In this document: positions 54,577-63,722 of the stretch, in pieces | Layout of the letters: each line of letters starts with the position of its first letter | How positions within the stretch are numbered: the first letter of the stretch is position 1 | NCBI GenBank assembly: GCA_021513695.1 | Contig: CP084166.1 | Span: 576,001-640,000 of the forward strand | From: Candidatus Heimdallarchaeum aukensis | GTDB lineage: Archaea; Asgardarchaeota; Heimdallarchaeia; Heimdallarchaeales; Heimdallarchaeaceae | Direction of reading: 5' to 3' | Length of the DNA stretch: 64,000 nucleotides | Made by a program: the position numbers and the translations under genes | The notes under the pieces: model-generated | Seen by the model: the letters and a program-made list of their open reading frames with translations, nothing else | What the model was told of the DNA's origin: nothing | Database searches by the model: none

Positions 54577-56934
54577 ATGAAAAAACGAACGAACATTAAA
54601 AAAATAAATTTCATATTGTTCTTAATTTTTGTTCTTTTTGCAAGTTTTGCAATTGAACATGTTACAATAAAAGCTTCAGATAGCACCAACATAGGAAACC
54701 AGAAACATTTCGTTGATGACAACGCTGAGATCTTAATTATTTCAGATAATGATTTTGTTAAATATGGTTTTCCAGGGGATGGTTCTGTAGATAATCCATA
54801 TATTATCAGCAACCTAGATTTAAATACATCGAAAATGTTTGGTATATTTATTTCTAATGTAAGTTCATATTTTGTAATAGAAAACTGTTTTATTAGATCT
54901 TCTTATTACGGAATATCAGTTAGTGGTCTTGAAGAAAACAGAGCTACTATAAGAAACAATACCTTTTACAAAAGTATTGTAGCTGTTGAAATTAGCCATT
55001 CTCCAGGAATAACAATAATTAACAATAATTTCACTGAAAACAGAGATTATGGGATTTTTATTGAATATTCACCTGATTCCGTTTTGAACTCAAATTACTT
55101 TTTCAAGAATGGCGTGGGTTATTCCGGAAATGGTCTAATTATTAAAGAATCTGAAAATTCAACAATTACCAATAACTCTTTTGTTAGGGATGGTTTAGCT
55201 ATAGAGCCCTCAAATTTTGACATTAAATTGAGCTTATTTAATAATACAGTTAATAATAAACTAATTGGCTACTTCACTAAACAGAACAATATAGTAGTAG
55301 ATCAGTCTATTTATGGTCAAATACTTATCATTGAATGCTCAAATGTTTTTATTTCAAATCAAACGATTTCAGAAACTAATGTTGCTATTTCTGTTTATAA
55401 CTCAAATAGTATACTTATTTCAAATAATACTCTTATGAGCAATGATAAAGGGATTTTCTTATTTCAAACCTATGACTTTGCAATAGAGAGAAACTTTCTA
55501 GAAAATAATTCATTGAATGGATTAGAAATCAACGATTGTACTAAATTCAACATCGTAGATAATGAGATAATCAACAACAGGAAAGGGATTGAGTTATTTA
55601 TTGTCGATGGTTACTCAATTTCTAACATTAATAAGAACACAATTAAGGAGAATTTAGAAGAAGGACTTTCATTAAACACTGTAAATAATTTAAACATAAG
55701 CGAGAATTTCATATACAAAAATTTAGTAGGAATATATGCTTATTATTCTTCTAATGTCTATATAGTTGCTAATTCATTTGAAGTTAATTACCTTTATGCT
55801 ATAACTTTAATGGAAAGTGTAAACAACTTCTATATTTATTATAATCTCTTTGCAACCAATAATCTTGAAAACAAAAACGAATCCCAGTGTTTAGATAATG
55901 GAGTAAATAATCTATGGTACAATCCAGATACAGAAAAAGGAAATTATTGGACAGATCTTAATGACCAAAAGGTTTACTCAATAGGAGGTTCTGCAGGAAG
56001 TATTGATGCATATCCTATGGACCCATTTATAGTCGATTATCCTCCTTTATTTAATTGGCAACTTTACCTGATTCTTCCACTTACTTTAACAACCCTTTTA
56101 TCTGCAGGAGCTTATTTCTTGATCAAAAAAAGAGAAAGAAGAAATTCCAATCTTTCTGATTACAAGAAAGAGCTGAAAAAAGAGAAAGAGTGGGCTAGTG
56201 CTATTACAGAGAAAAAAGATAAAGTAGGTTCTCCAATTAGTAATCTAAACAAACAGATTAGAAAACATTTGGTAAAGAACTTTTCTAAATGGTTTATAGT
56301 AGGTTCAATTTCAGTACTTGTTATTAGCTCTGGATTTTTAGCTTACAAACTTTCGGTCTCTCCTGATAATACTAACCAAAACGGTGCAATGGTAAAATAT
56401 GCCCAAGCTCTTCAACAATCTATTCCTGAAGCTGTCTATATAGAGATTATAGGTAATGCTACATCGGCAATACATGAGAGTTTAATGGATGCACATATTT
56501 ATCGTATAAGCCCCTATCCAGATTTGACTTGGGAAGTTACAGCTAATATTCTCAAATTTGATGATGAAGGAAGAGCTTACCTTGAAGAAATTTCTTTCAC
56601 TCTCGACAGTTATGTAATTGATGAAATCGGACAAAATCTCTTCGAATCTCTCAACAACACCGTGATTTTAGGACATTACGGAGAAAAACCCTACAACGAT
56701 GAAGATACTTACAACATAAATATTAAATGGGGTTTAAGATTTTTCTTGGAAAATACTACAATAATTGAGTTGATTGTACTAGAGAATGGTCTTGTAGTAT
56801 ATGCAAAAGGCTACTGGGTAACTTTTTCTAATTATTCAACAAACATGATCGGAGCTTTAATTATTGGACCAGAATCTGCTTTTGACAATACTATTCGAAT
56901 TCTAAGAGAGATTTTTGAGGAAAATATAAATTAG
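54577..56934 (+). CDS. Envelope beta-helix (NosD/PbH1-like) protein with two TM helices and an extra C-terminal domain
   Basis: 785 aa. Signal/anchor, beta-helix repeats, NLWYNPDTEKGNYWTD. TM at about residue 500, a second TM at about residue 575, then roughly 200 aa unassigned. Confidence 0.8.
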   Translation: MKKRTNIKKINFILFLIFVLFASFAIEHVTIKASDSTNIGNQKHFVDDNAEILIISDNDFVKYGFPGDGSVDNPYIISNLDLNTSKMFGIFISNVSSYFVIENCFIRSSYYGISVSGLEENRATIRNNTFYKSIVAVEISHSPGITIINNNFTENRDYGIFIEYSPDSVLNSNYFFKNGVGYSGNGLIIKESENSTITNNSFVRDGLAIEPSNFDIKLSLFNNTVNNKLIGYFTKQNNIVVDQSIYGQILIIECSNVFISNQTISETNVAISVYNSNSILISNNTLMSNDKGIFLFQTYDFAIERNFLENNSLNGLEINDCTKFNIVDNEIINNRKGIELFIVDGYSISNINKNTIKENLEEGLSLNTVNNLNISENFIYKNLVGIYAYYSSNVYIVANSFEVNYLYAITLMESVNNFYIYYNLFATNNLENKNESQCLDNGVNNLWYNPDTEKGNYWTDLNDQKVYSIGGSAGSIDAYPMDPFIVDYPPLFNWQLYLILPLTLTTLLSAGAYFLIKKRERRNSNLSDYKKELKKEKEWASAITEKKDKVGSPISNLNKQIRKHLVKNFSKWFIVGSISVLVISSGFLAYKLSVSPDNTNQNGAMVKYAQALQQSIPEAVYIEIIGNATSAIHESLMDAHIYRISPYPDLTWEVTANILKFDDEGRAYLEEISFTLDSYVIDEIGQNLFESLNNTVILGHYGEKPYNDEDTYNINIKWGLRFFLENTTIIELIVLENGLVVYAKGYWVTFSNYSTNMIGALIIGPESAFDNTIRILREIFEENIN

Positions 56935-56946
56935 AAGGTGCGTATA

Positions 56947-57423
56947 ATGAATATTGTGGCAAAAGAGAAACAAGATATCATCGCTGAACTTAACGGAACA
57001 GCGCTACGTATTTTCCTTTTTCTTTTAAAAAACAATGAAATAGGAATACGAGACGCTCAAAGAAAATTAGGCCTTAAGAGTGCTAGCCATGTACAGTACC
57101 ATCTACAAAGATTTGAGCATTTAGGTATAGTGGAAAAGATGCCTAATAGCAGATATTGTCTTACAGAAAAATATTCTGAACTTCGAAGCATAAAACTAGG
57201 TCTTTTAACTGAAATATACATCTACAAAGGTGTTATAATTCCTTCTATTGGTTTTTTTTCTGGTGCTCTATTTACAACATTAATTATTTCTTTAATTTTT
57301 TACTTTCAAGTAAACAAGCTTTCAGGATTTCTAATTAGTATAATCGGAGTCTTTGCTACAGCAGTATATTTTCTAATCCAAGCTATTCAAATACTTAAAA
57401 ACTTTAGAGAGAATGAAAAATAA
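56947..57423 (+). CDS. Winged-helix protein with two C-terminal TM helices
   Basis: ALRIFLFLLKNNEIGIRDAQRKLGLKSASHVQYHLQRFEHLGIVEK, then two hydrophobic helices. AAGGTG ribosome-binding site 7 nt upstream of ATG 56947; the track starts at GTG 56938. Confidence 0.65.
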   Translation: MNIVAKEKQDIIAELNGTALRIFLFLLKNNEIGIRDAQRKLGLKSASHVQYHLQRFEHLGIVEKMPNSRYCLTEKYSELRSIKLGLLTEIYIYKGVIIPSIGFFSGALFTTLIISLIFYFQVNKLSGFLISIIGVFATAVYFLIQAIQILKNFRENEK

Positions 57424-57493
57424 CCACAATATTTGAATTGACCAAACGATAAAAAAATACAAAAAAGAATGAGAAACTTTCTCTTTTTTTGAA

Positions 57494-59419
57494 TTAATTA
57501 ATATATGTTAGAATGAAAGAATCTTGTATAAGATCTTCTATTTTCTTTTCTTCTATTTTGTCAAAAAACTTACCTGTTTTTGGAATGGAAGTTAGTTTAT
57601 GCCATAATTCCTCGAATTTTCCAATGTTATTAACAAAGTTATCTATCTTTTTATTGGCAGTGAAAGAAGAGCCTTTGAACACATAACAAAAGATTATTCC
57701 TTCCTTGTTTTTGAACGTCAAAAAGTAGTCATGATATTCTACTTGCTTGATTGAACCTTCTGTTGCTAAAACCTCTTTTAATATGTTATTTAAAGCAGAA
57801 AGGAATCCTGAAAATAGAATACTGTCATATTTCTCCTCACTAAAGTTATAACTGTAAAGTGGTATTCCATGTTCATTTAGAATAAGCAACATAACTGGAG
57901 TGTCTTTTTCTATTACTTCGAGTTCGTAGCTAACCCTTTGTATCATCTGCGAAACTAAAGTGTCAACTTGTGTTTTTTCTATTCTTTTCTTTATACTCAC
58001 ATCAGAATTAAGAATTGCTTTCCATTTATTATGTTCTCTTACAATTGAATCATATTCTAAACTTATTTTTTGAGCTAAATTGTCTAATCCTTGAGAAAAA
58101 GCTATCTCCTGCGCTTTTAATAAATCCTCTTGAGCTTCATCAAGATTTAGTTGAATTAGATTAATCTTTCCTTTTAACCAGTAAGCTTCTGCTAAGAGAG
58201 ACCTAGATATTTGCATTTCTGCAATTTTTAATAGCTGAATGTTTATATCCTTTAGTTCATCTATAATTTCGCTTTCATTAAAAATAGTAAGCTCTTCTAG
58301 CAATATTTCAGTAAGGTTTAACATCGCATGAATATTTATCTCATTGTAAATTTCATTCGTTCTAATAATAGAATGAAGAAGAGAGATAGCTTTCGCTTGT
58401 GAAACAAATCTTTTTCGCTCTTTTAATACACTTGCTTCTGTTAGTTTAGCATAAAAACTCAAAAACTTGTTTTTTTCCTTTCTAGATAATTTTTTTAATT
58501 CTTTCAAGTATTCCTGAGCTTTCGATATTTGCCCTAGTAAAATGTGTAACTTAGTCAAATAATAGGTGGATTCAGCTATAATATAGTTAAATTTAACTAA
58601 TTTTGCATAATTTATACTTTTATCGAAAAAATCTAAAGCTAGATTAAACTCTCCTTTACTGAAATAAACGATGCCTATATTATTGAAAACTTGTGAAATT
58701 CCAAAAATATTTTCTTTTTCTTGATAGTTAATTAAAGCATCGTTATATAGTTCAACCGCTTTATTTAGATTTCCTTTTAATCTATAAATCTCACCTATAG
58801 AAATTAAAGTATTGTTAATTATTTGCTTCGAGTTTAAAAATTCACCATAAACAAGACACTCTTCAAAACAAGCAAGGCTTTGATTTAGATTTCCTTTTTG
58901 GGCATTTATTTTTCCTTCTCTATATTTTAAAAAAGCATAAATTTTGGTCTCATTCTTCTCTTTAACTAATTGTAAAGATTTTTTTACTAAATTCAGTGCT
59001 CGTGGTAGATCTTTATAGATAACCAGTAAAGCTTGGCAGAGATTGAAAATGGCATTAACTTCATTTTTATCTTTCTTAATTACCTTTGATTTTGTTTTTT
59101 TGAAGTGTAATAAAATTTCTTCACTTTTTTTGTTTTGTGATAAAAGGAGAGAAAAAACCTCTATCAAATAATAGTAAACATAGAAATCATTAGCCATAAG
59201 TTCTTTCTCATTTTCAAGGTAACTTAAAAGTTGAAGGCCAAATACTTTGCAATCCTCTACTTTACCAAACTCATAAGCTGTTTCAACTTTGTGATTTAAT
59301 AAACTTCTTTTTTCAATTGAAGGTTGTTTTCTCTCTTCTTCATGGTTATTTATTTGGGTAATAATTTCAGAATATTTGGTTGAATCTAGAATTTTTTCGT
59401 TTTCTATGAAATCTATCAC
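57494..59419 (-). CDS. TPR-rich scaffold protein with C-terminal longin (Bet5/sybindin-like) / roadblock-type domain (paralog of 46018..48018)
   Basis: 641 aa. TPR repeats (IGEIYRLKGNLNKAVELY, IGIVYFSKGEFNLALDFF ...). C-terminal VMLLILNEHGIPLYSYNFSEEKYDSILFSGFLSALNNILKEVL..VEYHDYFLTFKNKEGIIFCYVF. Confidence 0.75.
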   Translation of the reverse strand: MIDFIENEKILDSTKYSEIITQINNHEEERKQPSIEKRSLLNHKVETAYEFGKVEDCKVFGLQLLSYLENEKELMANDFYVYYYLIEVFSLLLSQNKKSEEILLHFKKTKSKVIKKDKNEVNAIFNLCQALLVIYKDLPRALNLVKKSLQLVKEKNETKIYAFLKYREGKINAQKGNLNQSLACFEECLVYGEFLNSKQIINNTLISIGEIYRLKGNLNKAVELYNDALINYQEKENIFGISQVFNNIGIVYFSKGEFNLALDFFDKSINYAKLVKFNYIIAESTYYLTKLHILLGQISKAQEYLKELKKLSRKEKNKFLSFYAKLTEASVLKERKRFVSQAKAISLLHSIIRTNEIYNEINIHAMLNLTEILLEELTIFNESEIIDELKDINIQLLKIAEMQISRSLLAEAYWLKGKINLIQLNLDEAQEDLLKAQEIAFSQGLDNLAQKISLEYDSIVREHNKWKAILNSDVSIKKRIEKTQVDTLVSQMIQRVSYELEVIEKDTPVMLLILNEHGIPLYSYNFSEEKYDSILFSGFLSALNNILKEVLATEGSIKQVEYHDYFLTFKNKEGIIFCYVFKGSSFTANKKIDNFVNNIGKFEELWHKLTSIPKTGKFFDKIEEKKIEDLIQDSFILTYIN

Positions 59420-59679
59420 CTTAACAAAGAATTTAATAAATTCGCTTCCTTCAACTTAAAGAATATTTCTATTTACGTGCGTGATTTGTATTATAATGAA
59501 ATTATTGATTTTTAAACCTATAACTAAATTATTCTTAAGCTTCTACTTCTCTTTTTTTAATTTGAAAGATTTAAATAGATTCAAGTCACAAAATTACCAA
59601 TAAATTGGAAAAAATAAATAAATGCATCTAAAAATTGGATTTTATTCAGTTAAAAATAGAATTTTAAAGAGTTGATAAG

Positions 59680-62600
59680 ATGAAAAAGAAGACAATAACT
59701 TTGATCTTTATACTGTTAATAATGATTCAAGTATCTTCTTTATTTATAGAAACAGAAGCTTCAAATTACATATATACTCAACTTAAGTGGAGAAAAATAT
59801 CAAGCTACAATTATGGAGAAGCTTCTTTCTTTGACTATGATAAAGACGGAAAATTAGATGTTTTTTTTAAAACAGCAGAAGGCATAGAAATTTACAATCA
59901 TAAAGGAAATCTATTAAAGAAAATTCATGGTTATTTCCAATATACCCCCACAATTACAGACCTAGAAAAAGATGGAGATTTAGAGTTTATTACTCAAAAC
60001 TACTATGGAATAGAAATATACGATTCTACCGGACAATTAAAAGAACAGAACTTAACTTTATATAGTGCCTACGCGAGAATTGTGGTTGCAGACATTAACA
60101 ATGACGGGATACAAGAAATAATTTATCATTCCACAGGTGATATAATATGCTTCAACAATCAATTAGAAGAAATTTGGAGCTATAAATTTGAAAATCCAGA
60201 CTATTATGGAAGTATTTATGATCTCGTAGTTAATTCAGATGCAGATTCTGAAAAAGAAATTGTAGTTTATTATGACAACTCGATTTATCTATTTAATACA
60301 GATGGTGAAAAAAAATGGTCAAAATCCTTACCTTCTGAAGGAATTGTCGCTTATGATTTTAATGATGATGGTATAGATGAAATAATTGGAACCAAATCAT
60401 CAGATTACACAATTTACTCTTTAAACAGTCAAGATGGTTCTGAATTGTGGATTAATGAAATGGCTGTAAACTTAAACCCTTTGCCTATTGACCTTGATCA
60501 AGATGGAATTGTAGAATTAATAGCTCTTTCTACTGATAATGACAAGTCTGAATCTTATATTAATTATATCAATGGAAAAACAGGAGAAGTAGAAGAACAG
60601 GTAACTGTAGATCAAAGATTCTTTACTAATTCATATTACGAATTCTTTCCTGAAACTCCAGCTGTAGGAGATTTTGATGGTAATGGGGTGTTGGACCTTA
60701 TCTTTCTTGCTTTTTCATATGCTTATAGTGTTGCTACACTGATTTATTCTGCAGATGGGTATAGAATAGCAGAATTTGACGAGGGTTCACTAACAACTCC
60801 AACAATTGTTGACCTGGATGGTAATGGAAGAACAGAAATAATGATACGTGATTATTCAGGAATATTCTGCTATGAGGTTACTGGATCAACTTCTGGAAAA
60901 AATATCTGGTATAAAGAAAGAGGAAATATAGCTAATACAATGGTAGTAGATACAGATGGAGACTTGCTAGATGATATAAGCGAAGAATTTTATGGTTCAG
61001 ATAAAGGAAAAGAAGATACTGACGGTGATACCCTTTTAGACGGAATAGAGATAATTGGTTCTGGTTCTTCACCTATAAAACAAGACACTGATGGAGATGG
61101 TTTAACAGATGATGTTGAATATGAATTAGGTTTCAACCCAAGATTAAATGACTTAGATTTGGATTATGATGATGATAGTTTAACCAATTATGATGAAGTA
61201 TTTGTTTATTCAACAAATCCTATGTCTAATGATACAGATAACGATTTACTACTTGATAATGAAGAAATTAATACTTATGGAACGTCTCCAACAAACAACG
61301 ACACAGATGCAGATGGTGTTATTGATGGAGAAGAAGTACATACTTACGGAACATCACCATTAGATAATGATTCAGATGACGATGGAATGGAAGACGGATA
61401 TGAAGTCTTATACAACTTAGATCCTCTTGTAAATGATAGTTATGGAGATATTGACTCAGATGGTTTGTTAAATATTGAAGAGTTTACATACAATTCAAAC
61501 AGTTCAAATGTAGACACAGATAATGACACAATTTCAGATGGTGATGAAGTTCATACTTATGGAACGTCTCCAACAAACAATGATTCTGATGGAGATAATC
61601 TCACAGATAATGAAGAAATTTATACTTATGGAACGTCTCCAACAAACAACGACACAGACGCAGATATTATGTGGGATGGTTGGGAGATTGAATATGGATT
61701 TAATCCCTTAATCGACGATGGAGATGAAGATTTAGATTCTGACGGTCTTTCCAATGCTGAAGAATTTATTTATTCAACAGAGCCTAACAATACTGACTCA
61801 GATTCTGACCAACTCCTTGATGGAGAAGAAGTACATACTTATGGAACAGACCCTGCTAAAATTGATAGTGACGAGGATGAGCTTACTGATTATGAAGAAG
61901 TTATAGTTTATACAACAAATCCTGTGTCTAACGATACTGATAATGACTTAATGGGTGATTATTATGAGGTTAATCATGGTTTAAACCCCCTTGTAAACGA
62001 TACTTTAGGCGATCTTGACAATGATACTCTAACAAATTATGAAGAATTTTTACTTGGTACTTTACCTAATAACAATGATACTGATGGAGATGGAATGAGT
62101 GATGGTTTTGAGTATCAATATGGACTAATTTTAACTGACAATGATTCTTCATTGGACAAGGATAAGGATGGTTTATCTAACCTTGACGAATTTTTACATA
62201 ATACCAACCCTCTCTCTAATGATACTGATGGAGATGGAATGTTTGATGGTTTTGAAGTGCAATATAACCTTAACCCAAATTTAAATGATTCTGCAGGAGA
62301 CCCTGATGCTGATGGAATATCAAATATTGATGAAATGAAATATGGTTCATCACCAATTAGCTCTGATACAGACAGTGACCGTCTAACCGATCCTGAAGAG
62401 ATATTCATCTATCACTCTAATCCTGCAATAAAAGATACAGATGGAGATGGTTTAGAAGATGGAGAAGAAGTACTTGATTTTGGTACAAGCCCAACTAACG
62501 AGGATACAGACGGGGACACTCTTAGTGACTATGTAGAGATTTATGTTTTCCTCACTGACCCAACAGACCCTGATACAGATAACGATGGAATGAATGATGG

Positions 62601-63624
62601 AGAAGAAATAGAAATAGGAAAAGATCCGCTTACTAAAAACTACTACACACCACTTTCTAAACTTCTACTTATATTGCCTATTGTTGGAGGAATAGTCCTC
62701 TTTGGTGGCTTAATATATGGAGCTATGATTTTTTCTAAGAAAATTAAAGAGAGAAAGCGTAAAGAGATAGTAGAAAAAGAGATTCTGTTGCTTAAATCTG
62801 AGCATCTAAATTTAGATGACAGGATAAACATTCTAGCAAAAAAAGAATCTATTTTTACTGATAAAATCACTTTTCGCTCTTTGGTTGATGTGACTAAACT
62901 CTATTTCAACTTTCTTGCAAAATTTGACGATAAATACACTTTAATTACTAAATTCAAAGAAGTTGGTAATCTTCAGGAATGGAATGAAGTGAAGGAGAAA
63001 GCTTTTTCATCCTTTGAACGGCTATTAAATACAATAAAAGACAATCTCCATTCCTTTGACATAAACGACATAATAAAGAATCAGTATCCTTCACTAATAA
63101 ATCTTGAAAAGAAAGGCGAACTAACAGCAAAAGAACTCTTACAAGTTCATTCTGATGGAAAAGATTTACACCTCTATGTTGAAGAATTCAAAAAATATCT
63201 AAAGATTTTACTAAGAAGATTGAACGCTTTAGAATCTCTCTTTTCAACTAAAGATGAGCTTTTGGATATTGTTGCTTCAAGTTCAATTATTACTGCTCTA
63301 AAAGAAAAAGATTCATTAATTACTCAACTAGAGAGGAACGAGATCAAATATGTTCGAGAAAAAATAAATGCAGAAAATCATTGTATTTACTGTGGTATTC
63401 AACTACATGATGATGCTAAAACATGTTCAAACTGCCAACGCACTCTTCCTTCTTGCCCTATTTGTAAAAATACTTTCAGATTCTTTGATGAAGTCTATAC
63501 TTGTCCCGAATGCTTTTCAAAGATTCATAAAGATGAACTGGAGATTTGGTTAGGAGATAAAGGAACTTGTCCTAAATGTAACAAATCTATTACTTTATAC
63601 AACTTAGATGTTGAAATAATCTAA
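59680..63624 (+). CDS. Giant type-I membrane receptor: FG-GAP beta-propeller, about 24 TSP3-like Ca-binding repeats, TM, helical cytoplasmic region, zinc ribbon and RING-like finger
   Basis: 1314 aa. Signal peptide. Seven DxDxDG-type FG-GAP blades (DYDKDGKLDV ... DLDGNGRTEI). Repeated DTDGDG/DSDxD motifs. TM LLLILPIVGGIVLFGGLIYGAMIF. C-terminal CxxC clusters. Confidence 0.85.
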   Translation: MKKKTITLIFILLIMIQVSSLFIETEASNYIYTQLKWRKISSYNYGEASFFDYDKDGKLDVFFKTAEGIEIYNHKGNLLKKIHGYFQYTPTITDLEKDGDLEFITQNYYGIEIYDSTGQLKEQNLTLYSAYARIVVADINNDGIQEIIYHSTGDIICFNNQLEEIWSYKFENPDYYGSIYDLVVNSDADSEKEIVVYYDNSIYLFNTDGEKKWSKSLPSEGIVAYDFNDDGIDEIIGTKSSDYTIYSLNSQDGSELWINEMAVNLNPLPIDLDQDGIVELIALSTDNDKSESYINYINGKTGEVEEQVTVDQRFFTNSYYEFFPETPAVGDFDGNGVLDLIFLAFSYAYSVATLIYSADGYRIAEFDEGSLTTPTIVDLDGNGRTEIMIRDYSGIFCYEVTGSTSGKNIWYKERGNIANTMVVDTDGDLLDDISEEFYGSDKGKEDTDGDTLLDGIEIIGSGSSPIKQDTDGDGLTDDVEYELGFNPRLNDLDLDYDDDSLTNYDEVFVYSTNPMSNDTDNDLLLDNEEINTYGTSPTNNDTDADGVIDGEEVHTYGTSPLDNDSDDDGMEDGYEVLYNLDPLVNDSYGDIDSDGLLNIEEFTYNSNSSNVDTDNDTISDGDEVHTYGTSPTNNDSDGDNLTDNEEIYTYGTSPTNNDTDADIMWDGWEIEYGFNPLIDDGDEDLDSDGLSNAEEFIYSTEPNNTDSDSDQLLDGEEVHTYGTDPAKIDSDEDELTDYEEVIVYTTNPVSNDTDNDLMGDYYEVNHGLNPLVNDTLGDLDNDTLTNYEEFLLGTLPNNNDTDGDGMSDGFEYQYGLILTDNDSSLDKDKDGLSNLDEFLHNTNPLSNDTDGDGMFDGFEVQYNLNPNLNDSAGDPDADGISNIDEMKYGSSPISSDTDSDRLTDPEEIFIYHSNPAIKDTDGDGLEDGEEVLDFGTSPTNEDTDGDTLSDYVEIYVFLTDPTDPDTDNDGMNDGEEIEIGKDPLTKNYYTPLSKLLLILPIVGGIVLFGGLIYGAMIFSKKIKERKRKEIVEKEILLLKSEHLNLDDRINILAKKESIFTDKITFRSLVDVTKLYFNFLAKFDDKYTLITKFKEVGNLQEWNEVKEKAFSSFERLLNTIKDNLHSFDINDIIKNQYPSLINLEKKGELTAKELLQVHSDGKDLHLYVEEFKKYLKILLRRLNALESLFSTKDELLDIVASSSIITALKEKDSLITQLERNEIKYVREKINAENHCIYCGIQLHDDAKTCSNCQRTLPSCPICKNTFRFFDEVYTCPECFSKIHKDELEIWLGDKGTCPKCNKSITLYNLDVEII
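61261..61665 (+). repeat. Near-identical intragenic DNA repeats in the TSP3 region
   Basis: A 54-nt unit (GAAGAAATT.ATACTTATGGAACGTCTCCAACAAACAACGACACAGA.GCAGAT) occurs at 61261 and 61612 with 2 mismatches. A 29-nt core copy lies at about 61553. Confidence 0.7.
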
Positions 63625-63722
63625 CTTTTTCTTTTCTTTTATAGGTTTTATTACTTTCAGTTACCTCTCTCTCTGTTACTGAAAATAGGTAAATATTTAA
63701 CCTTAAAAAACTAATAACTCTT

